IMG/VR virus record: IMGVR_UViG_3300035698_026266
Source of the DNA: an uncultured virus (IMG/VR IMGVR_UViG_3300035698_026266)
Taxonomy: Duplodnaviria > Heunggongvirae > Uroviricota > Caudoviricetes
Reading direction: 5' to 3' (one strand)
Length of the DNA: 64,000 nt
A program made the position numbers and the translations under genes. This document shows positions 57,673 to 64,000 of this stretch, one piece after another; position 1 is the stretch's first letter, and each line of letters opens with the position of its first letter. The notes under the pieces are model-generated. The model was not told where the DNA came from, did not search any database, and was given only the letters and a program-made list of their open reading frames with translations.

Positions 57673-58425
57673 TCACTTGTGTTCAGGTATTGCTCTTGTG
57701 TAACTTTTCCAGTCGTCAGGCATTTCGATTTCATCATATAAAATTTCGCAATATTTTTCCAAAGACTCTTTGAAGTATGGTAAAGATAATGCTGCAATAG
57801 CGTCAGGTTTTCTTAGTCTAGAATTTATTTCCATTTGAATACTTGAAATTCCAATGTAATAGTTTTTATTAAAATATTGATTTAAATTGTTTTTGTGCTT
57901 CCCTGCAAACCTAGTTTTTTCATTGGCTATTTTTGCTGACATATTGCCAAATTTATTTAAGCTATACAATAAAGCCAATTTAGAATCCTCTGTGCAGCTT
58001 AAAGAATTCCGACTTTTGCTCCCACATCCTAAAATCACGTCGGTGTTTTTAGATATTGAATTTTTTGATACTCCGTGAATGATAATTATAGTTGCAAGGG
58101 AAAGGATTTTTCTTTCGATATTTGCAATACATTTTGTAATTAAATCTAAAAATTCTTCTTTTACAACCGGCTTTACACAATGTGATATCTTGTTACAATC
58201 TGCTAAGCTTTCAGTGCAATTTACTGTGTCTGATCTTTGCCAGCCATTATTAATGACTGCACAACAACCTAATTGTTTTGCTAATTGTTTTGCGAAAAAA
58301 GATGTATTGTAATCGTCGTAACCATGCGGAGCCACTAAAACAAGTGGTCTTTTGTAGTTCTCAACAACAATAGTTCTTTCATCTACATCATGCATGAAAT
58401 CGTCTTTTGTGTAAATAGTCGTCAT
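57673..58425 (-). CDS. Zn-dependent hydrolase (N-formylglutamate amidohydrolase/poly-gamma-glutamate hydrolase-like)
   Basis: LVAPHG..D..T, IIIHG, DVILGCG, SIQMEI..RLR. Confidence 0.6.
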   Translation of the reverse strand: MTTIYTKDDFMHDVDERTIVVENYKRPLVLVAPHGYDDYNTSFFAKQLAKQLGCCAVINNGWQRSDTVNCTESLADCNKISHCVKPVVKEEFLDLITKCIANIERKILSLATIIIIHGVSKNSISKNTDVILGCGSKSRNSLSCTEDSKLALLYSLNKFGNMSAKIANEKTRFAGKHKNNLNQYFNKNYYIGISSIQMEINSRLRKPDAIAALSLPYFKESLEKYCEILYDEIEMPDDWKSYTRAIPEHK

Positions 58426-58490
58426 TAGTTTAATCCTTTTTCGTAAACAGTTTACCGCATTATAACTTTTTATTATGTATTATCCATTTT

Positions 58491-58508
58491 GAAATGTATT
58501 GTACCTTA
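58491..58508 (+). promoter_or_regulatory. TGTACCTTA motif (2 of 5)
   Basis: GAAATGTATTGTACCTTA. Confidence 0.6.
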
Positions 58509-58551
58509 CTTCAAGTAAAATGTCTAATGGATTTAAAGCAGGGATGTAAAA

Positions 58552-59595
58552 ATGAAAAAAATAGTTTATCAAGCTGTCATTTGTGGAATAGAAGTTAAAG
58601 GTCTTTTGGTTTTGAAAAGCAATTATGACGGCTATGATCCACATGCCAATGAAAGATTTCTTAAAGGAACTCTAATTGCTTACGTTCATAAAGATCGTTT
58701 AAGTGAAGAACAAATTGATAAAATACTAAACGGCCAAAACAAAAGTTTAACTGTGCAGTGGCCGTTGAAAGAACGTAATGAAAACCCTGTTGAAAATAAA
58801 AAAGATGTTCAAAAAGGGCAAAACGACAACTTTGAACCTAGCGAGTATCAAAAAACAATATATAATATTGTAGAAAAACAAGAAAATCATATTTTGATTA
58901 AAGCTTTAGCAGGTTCTGGTAAAACCTCTACGCTTATATGGCTTGTGCAACAGATGCATGCTAAAGGGATGACTAAAGGTAAAAAAATAGTCTATCTTGC
59001 TTTTAATAAATCCATTCAAAAAGAATTAAGTGAGAAATTAATAGGTACTGGTGTGCCTGCGCTCACAACGCATTCTTTTGGGTTTAAAGCAATAAAAAAA
59101 CATTATAATTCAGATATAAAACCTACTAATGGCAGGGTAGCAAGCGATACGTTTTTAAAACTTGTGTGTGAATTAAAAGGGTTAAAACAAAACATAAAGG
59201 GATTGAGAGCGGCAAAAGAAACAGAAGAATATAGACTGCGATCTGCTGTTTTAGAATTAGTAGGTTATATTAAGAATTGGGCTATTCTTCCTAGTTTTGA
59301 CGACTATTGGGTTTTTGACGACAAACAAAAATCGATAATAGAAGGATTTATTTCTGATTACGAAATAGAGATAGATGAAGGTTTTACTTCTGTTGACTTG
59401 GTGGATTTTGCCTGTGATGTGGTGGCAAGAAATTTGCCATTATCAGATTCCAATATTGTGGAAATAGACTACGACGACATGCTGTATTTGCCGTTGGCAA
59501 TGAAATTGCCTTTGCCAAAATATGATCTCGTACTTACTGATGAAAGTCAAGATTTTAACGCTTGCCAAATATCCATATTACAAAAAATCATTTAA
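58552..59595 (+). CDS. UvrD/Rep SF1 helicase, N-terminal half (motifs Q to II)
   Basis: PSEYQ, ALAGSGKT, LAFNK, TTHSFG, IDYDDML, DESQD, then stop. Confidence 0.88.
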   Translation: MKKIVYQAVICGIEVKGLLVLKSNYDGYDPHANERFLKGTLIAYVHKDRLSEEQIDKILNGQNKSLTVQWPLKERNENPVENKKDVQKGQNDNFEPSEYQKTIYNIVEKQENHILIKALAGSGKTSTLIWLVQQMHAKGMTKGKKIVYLAFNKSIQKELSEKLIGTGVPALTTHSFGFKAIKKHYNSDIKPTNGRVASDTFLKLVCELKGLKQNIKGLRAAKETEEYRLRSAVLELVGYIKNWAILPSFDDYWVFDDKQKSIIEGFISDYEIEIDEGFTSVDLVDFACDVVARNLPLSDSNIVEIDYDDMLYLPLAMKLPLPKYDLVLTDESQDFNACQISILQKII

Positions 59596-59611
59596 AAAAG
59601 ACTGTACCTTA
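59595..59611 (+). promoter_or_regulatory. TGTACCTTA motif (3 of 5), inside the helicase split
   Basis: AAAAAGACTGTACCTTA, AGGA SD before 59661. Confidence 0.6.
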
Positions 59612-59660
59612 GAAATCGAACATTGTGTTAGAAAATTTCACAAAGATATAGGATGAAAAA

Positions 59661-60674
59661 ATGAGCGGCAGAATAATAGTAGTTGGCGATCCACGTCAGG
59701 CTTTATACCGTTTTCGTGGTGCTGACGCAAAAGCTTTTGAACGTATAGAAGAAATGTTTTCTAAAGATAAAAGAGGTATCGTAACTTGTGAATTACCAAT
59801 AAATTATCGTTGTTCTAAAAAGATAATTAACCATTCAAAACTTTGGGTAAAAGAGTTGCAGGGTTTCAAAAAAGAAGAAGGAATAGTTGATGAAATTTAT
59901 TACAATGAATCTTTACAAAGAGCAAATAATGACAATGTTGATATTGGTCTAAAAGATGGCTGTTTAGGAGAAAGTCGAGTATTAGAAAACGCTACGTTTG
60001 CTTTTTTGTGCAGAATAAACGTGTCTTTAGTTATAACAGCATACAGATTAATGGGACTAAAAAAGAAAGTTTGCATTATAGGGCAAAGCCAATTTGGAAC
60101 CCCATTAGTTAATTTAATTGAAAAGTTATGTTATCCTAAAAATAAAGTTCTTCATACAAACAGGATTAGCGATAGAATAGATGCGTCTGGAAGCATTGTT
60201 GAAGAAGGGCTTTTAACAAGATTAAGGTCTGATTTTAGGATTCAAAGCGAAAAACTAAAATCAGATGGTTTTGAAAGGAAATTGGAGTCTTTGCAGCAAA
60301 ACGTTGAATGTATAGAAGTCATTGCGTTAAACGCAAAAGATGATAAAGTAACTACAGTTTTAGAAGACATTGAGGAATTGTTTACAGAAGAACCTGAACC
60401 CGGCGTCATAACTTTAAGCACGATTCACAAATCTAAAGGATTGGAATGGGATGTCGTTTTTATTCTTAGGCCAGATTTAATGCCACATCCCAAAGCAAAA
60501 AGTTGTGAGGAACTAGAACAAGAAAAAAATGCTCAATATGTAGCAGCGACTAGAGCTAAAAACAGATTGTATTATGTTAAGAATTGGCCGGGTGAAAACT
60601 TTTCGTATTCTAGACCTGTTAGCGAGTACGAAAAACCCGAAACAATCAGCAAAGAGAGCGACATTAAAGATTAG
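59661..60674 (+). CDS. UvrD/Rep SF1 helicase, C-terminal half (motifs III to VI)
   Basis: VGDPRQALYRFRGA, NYRC, LCRIN, STIHKSKGLEWD, YVAATRAK. Confidence 0.88.
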   Translation: MSGRIIVVGDPRQALYRFRGADAKAFERIEEMFSKDKRGIVTCELPINYRCSKKIINHSKLWVKELQGFKKEEGIVDEIYYNESLQRANNDNVDIGLKDGCLGESRVLENATFAFLCRINVSLVITAYRLMGLKKKVCIIGQSQFGTPLVNLIEKLCYPKNKVLHTNRISDRIDASGSIVEEGLLTRLRSDFRIQSEKLKSDGFERKLESLQQNVECIEVIALNAKDDKVTTVLEDIEELFTEEPEPGVITLSTIHKSKGLEWDVVFILRPDLMPHPKAKSCEELEQEKNAQYVAATRAKNRLYYVKNWPGENFSYSRPVSEYEKPETISKESDIKD

Positions 60675-60705
60675 AATTTATTGTACTAAAAAATATTTGG
60701 TTTTG

Positions 60706-60741
60706 CATGAAAAAGCGCTTGTCAACAAGCGTTTTTTCATG
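60706..60741 (+). terminator. Hairpin/terminator
   Basis: CATGAAAAAGCGCTTG/CAAGCGTTTTTTCATG. Confidence 0.6.
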
Positions 60742-60758
60742 TAATTAGAGTGTGTTCT

Positions 60759-60776
60759 AAAATCTGTTGTACCTTA
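60759..60776 (+). promoter_or_regulatory. TGTACCTTA motif (4 of 5)
   Basis: AAAATCTGTTGTACCTTA. Confidence 0.6.
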
Positions 60777-60813
60777 TTGGATGTAAGCAACTCATTTTTG
60801 AAAGGAATTTAAT

Positions 60814-61794
60814 ATGTACGTTAAGCATGTTGGTTTGACAAAAGAACGAAATCGTGAACTTGCAGCATTGATGCTTGATGCCAATGGTGTTCTATTGGAC
60901 AAGATCGCAAATTCAAAAGCAAAAATCAATCGTAGTCAATTCAGAATTGAATTGTTTAAAATTTTGGATGCCAAAGGAATTAATTCAAAAAATGGCGAAA
61001 AAGTCTCTTTGCATGGAGTTTCTTTTTCCGCAAAACAAACCGTTGTTATTTCTGCTGTAAGGGAAGTAGAGTTTGATATTATTTCTAATTTTTCAAGATT
61101 GCTTGAAAAGCATTCACGAAGATTTGCACAAATGCATCATAAAATGAATGGTGTTTTGGAGGTAGAAGATTTCTATGCTGAATCTTATGCCACTGCTGTT
61201 GATTGTGTTTATGGGTACAACAATTCAAATGTTAAATTTATTACTTATCTTACAATTAGCATTGTCAGAAAGTGTTTGTTGGTCATTAATGAAAACAGAC
61301 CTTTCTCTCATTATACCAACAATGAATTGAACTTGTCTAGAAAATATTACTTGGCAGTAGAAGAAGAAAAACAAAAACAAGGTCGCAATGTGTCTTTTGA
61401 TGAAGTTGTAAAAATGATGGATTTGTCAAAAGACGAAATAAGTGCAGTTGAAAAGATGCTTATTAAAATTTCTTCTGGTTCTGGAAACAAGAATGAAAAC
61501 GAAGAAACATCAGACTATAGTTCTTTAAGAAAAATATCAAAAGAAGATTTGAATTTTTCACGTTTTGAAGTAGACGAAAAAGAGGCTATAGAACGTGCTT
61601 GGAACAAGATGTCAGAATGGGAACAGGCAGTTTTGGAAGCGTATTTGGACGCCCCTTTCAAAAATAATGGTTGGAAGACGGAAGTAGCTTCTAAACACAT
61701 TAATCCTTCAACTGGCAAGATTTACAGTAAAGCAGCACCTTCTTTAGCGATGGATCGTATTAAAAACAAAATCAAAAAAGAAATGGTTGCTTGA
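60814..61794 (+). CDS. Divergent sigma-70-like factor
   Basis: Region-2-like VEDFYAE...AVDCVYGY...VKFITYL..SI.R; region-3-like GRNVSFDEVVKMMDLS; MSEWEQAVL. Confidence 0.6.
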   Translation: MYVKHVGLTKERNRELAALMLDANGVLLDKIANSKAKINRSQFRIELFKILDAKGINSKNGEKVSLHGVSFSAKQTVVISAVREVEFDIISNFSRLLEKHSRRFAQMHHKMNGVLEVEDFYAESYATAVDCVYGYNNSNVKFITYLTISIVRKCLLVINENRPFSHYTNNELNLSRKYYLAVEEEKQKQGRNVSFDEVVKMMDLSKDEISAVEKMLIKISSGSGNKNENEETSDYSSLRKISKEDLNFSRFEVDEKEAIERAWNKMSEWEQAVLEAYLDAPFKNNGWKTEVASKHINPSTGKIYSKAAPSLAMDRIKNKIKKEMVA

Positions 61795-61796
61795 AT

Positions 61797-61814
61797 AAAA
61801 TCTTCTGTACCTTA
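61797..61814 (+). promoter_or_regulatory. TGTACCTTA motif (5 of 5)
   Basis: AAAATCTTCTGTACCTTA. Confidence 0.6.
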
Positions 61815-61848
61815 GTGACTGAATCAACTATAGACATGGAGAATTTTT

Positions 61849-63042
61849 ATGAACCAGTTTTGGGATCAAGCGAAAATTGTATTTCCTGAATTAACAGATG
61901 AAGATAGACGTTGGGCCGTCAATCGCAATAATCCCGATTGTCCGTTTGCTAATTTTATCGGAAACGATAAAGCAATTAAAAGATTGGCACGTTCGGCGTA
62001 TTCTGCTTTGGGAGACAAGTTTCATTTATGTGATCAGTCATTTGCTCTATTGGGTCCAACTTCAACTGGCAAAACCACACTTGCTCGTCTTTTTGCGCAA
62101 GTGCTTGGTTTGCCTTTTGTGGAATTATCTCCTAGAGCTATTCATGATACTAATGATATTGTTGTTAAAATTTCTGATGTACTAAAGAAAACAGTCATTA
62201 ATTCTCCAACGTATGGACCAGTTTCGTTAGAATTGGTTCCAGTGCGAAGGCAAGAAGGGGAAGGTGAAGGCGATAGTTATGGCAACAATTACTTTCGTGC
62301 GCCGCCTATGGTGGTTTTTATTGATGAAGTTCATGCATTGAGAAGTAACGTGGAGCAGGGGTTATTAAAAGCAACAGAACGCAATGATGCCTTACTTGAA
62401 ACGGAATCAGGTTGGGTTTTAAATTGCAAAAACGTTTGTTGGATTATAGCAACCACTGATCGTGGTGACTTGTTTGATGCTTTTGATACTAGATTTACTA
62501 AAATATTCCTGAAACTTTATTCTAAAAAAGAAATATCTCAAATCATAAAACTATGTAATCCTGATTGGAGTACAGACCTTTGCAAACTAGTTGCCAAGTT
62601 TGCAGGGATCGTTCCTCGTGAAGCAAAAGAATACGCAAAAGAAATGAGATTAGAAAAGGAACTTTGTCCTAACAAGAGTTGGGAAGATATAGCTAAACAA
62701 GTTGCAGAAGACAATGAAATAGATTCTCTTGGAATGTCATACCAACGTGTCAAGATATTGACGGCATTGGGACAAGGGTGTATTTCAAAGCAGCGTCTAG
62801 ATGTTGTGGCAAGCTGTAAAATAGAAGAACTGGAAAAGTTCGTTATGCCGCCTTTGCTAACGTCTACAAGGGATCAGGATGCTCTTGTAACCGTTACTAG
62901 TCGTGGCTATAGTATAACTATATCTGGCATCGAAGAATTGGATAAAAGAGACATCCCACACATTGGCGACAAAGCTATGCCGAAGGAGTTACGAAATACA
63001 GCTACAATTAAAAAATTAAATAACAAATTAAGGAACAATTAA
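61849..63042 (+). CDS. RuvB-like AAA+ ATPase
   Basis: FIGN, GPTSTGKTTLA, FIDEVHAL, ATTDRG.L..AF.TRF, G.PRE, wHTH tail. Confidence 0.75.
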   Translation: MNQFWDQAKIVFPELTDEDRRWAVNRNNPDCPFANFIGNDKAIKRLARSAYSALGDKFHLCDQSFALLGPTSTGKTTLARLFAQVLGLPFVELSPRAIHDTNDIVVKISDVLKKTVINSPTYGPVSLELVPVRRQEGEGEGDSYGNNYFRAPPMVVFIDEVHALRSNVEQGLLKATERNDALLETESGWVLNCKNVCWIIATTDRGDLFDAFDTRFTKIFLKLYSKKEISQIIKLCNPDWSTDLCKLVAKFAGIVPREAKEYAKEMRLEKELCPNKSWEDIAKQVAEDNEIDSLGMSYQRVKILTALGQGCISKQRLDVVASCKIEELEKFVMPPLLTSTRDQDALVTVTSRGYSITISGIEELDKRDIPHIGDKAMPKELRNTATIKKLNNKLRNN

Positions 63043-63863
63043 TGAAACTACCAGAGGGAACTTTAGATGAAATAAATTTAAAATTACTGTGTCAATCAAT
63101 AGACTTATTGAAAGAAAAATTACTAGATGTTTTTACAAATAACGAACAGCCTCCTTGGAGATTGCCGCATGGACAACTAACGGCATTTGGCAAACATCGT
63201 TTGGCAGGTAATCAATTGTTATTAGGCTTACATTCAGATAAAAAAGATTGGAAATCTTTTGTTTGGGATACGAAAAAAAATTGGGAATGTTTAGATTTTA
63301 AAATAAAACCGAATGCTTTTTTTGTCCCTCAATTATCGTATGAACAATTTACAACAGACGACGTTTGCAATTTGTCACAAGTAAGTCCTACGACAAAACA
63401 TAGTGAAAACATTGTTGAAACATTGAAAATAAAAATAGAAAATAAATCTAGTTGGGAAGATTATGAAAAGCATATAGAAAAAGAATGGAATTGCATAAAA
63501 ACCAGATATGGCGATTCTCCAAAATATTTATATGAAACAGATATTATCGAAATGCCTTTGAAAAACAGTTTTATAGGAAAAGAAGAATATTACGAGTCTT
63601 TGGGGCATGAGGTCGCACATTGGTTATCTAATAAAAAAGAATTTGGCGGAAGTTATGCTAGGAATGAATTTGTAGCTGAAATAACTTCTTGTTTGTTTCT
63701 AAAAACAAATAATATGCCAGTATCTATATTGCCTTTTCATGAATATCAAGTTGATTCGTGGATAACAGAAATAGATTCAGATTGGTTGAAAGAAGCAATT
63801 AGAGAAATAGAGTTTTTAATAAGGATTATGAAAAGCGCCACGGCTTTAGAAAAACAAATATAA
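63042..63863 (+). CDS. ArdC-like ssDNA-binding/zincin antirestriction protein
   Basis: PPW, GNQLLL, D.IEMP...F, YYESLGHEVAHW, YARNEFVAEI. Confidence 0.75.
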   Translation: MKLPEGTLDEINLKLLCQSIDLLKEKLLDVFTNNEQPPWRLPHGQLTAFGKHRLAGNQLLLGLHSDKKDWKSFVWDTKKNWECLDFKIKPNAFFVPQLSYEQFTTDDVCNLSQVSPTTKHSENIVETLKIKIENKSSWEDYEKHIEKEWNCIKTRYGDSPKYLYETDIIEMPLKNSFIGKEEYYESLGHEVAHWLSNKKEFGGSYARNEFVAEITSCLFLKTNNMPVSILPFHEYQVDSWITEIDSDWLKEAIREIEFLIRIMKSATALEKQI

Positions 63864-63882
63864 TATTTTTAGGATAAATCAA

Positions 63883-64000
63883 ATGGAAAATAAAAGTTTA
63901 TGGGAGATATTGGTTCCTGCTAGTGACAACGAAGGAAATGATTTCGCTCCTTCACATCATCGTAGATGGGACAAACGTGTAGAAAAAATAAGTGGCGGCT
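63883..64000 (+). CDS. 3'-partial hypothetical protein
   Basis: AGGA SD; MENKSLWEILVPASDN...HHRRWD. Confidence 0.55.
   Translation, partial: MENKSLWEILVPASDNEGNDFAPSHHRRWDKRVEKISGG

Noticed and set aside
59596..59660. Intron or intein explaining the helicase split
   Set aside because: Gap is only 65 nt, unstructured, with no intein motifs; it has its own SD and upstream motif instead.
1..64000. Alternative genetic code (TAG or TGA reassigned)
   Set aside because: Long genes are intact in code 11, many end at TAG/TGA, no suppressor tRNA was seen, and the in-frame stops map to different expected residues.

Overview
This AT-rich, gene-dense window is most consistent with a large (jumbo/huge) bacteriophage genome. 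No capsid or terminase gene is present, so that call is an inference. It carries about 11 intact and several degenerate tRNAs without encoded CCA, plus IleRS, a class I release factor, YqeY and a degenerate ArgRS-like protein. Other genes include two sigma-70-like factors, ClpX, PRPP synthetase, a ParB-like protein, PspA, a RuvB-like ATPase, ArdC, a split UvrD helicase, and a WGR-PARP with an ADP-ribosylglycohydrolase. There are also two 2H phosphoesterases, a radical SAM/SPASM enzyme with an upstream Cys-rich peptide, a glycosyl/sulfo/methyltransferase island interrupted by an IS607 element, and many short virion-type ORFs. The most striking observations are four. (1) An unannotated 30-codon leader peptide and a five-segment attenuator sit directly in front of the tRNA array, and the leader's distal codons match the tRNA species the window encodes. 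(2) The release factor has an RF1-type PxT motif but is expressed through an RF2-type CTT-TGA-C +1 frameshift. (3) Three distinct promoter-like motif classes recur, one of them inside the split point of the helicase. (4) A tRNA-like RNA has a G3:U70 acceptor and a 24-nt insert in place of an anticodon loop. All family calls come from motif recognition by eye; no database search was run.
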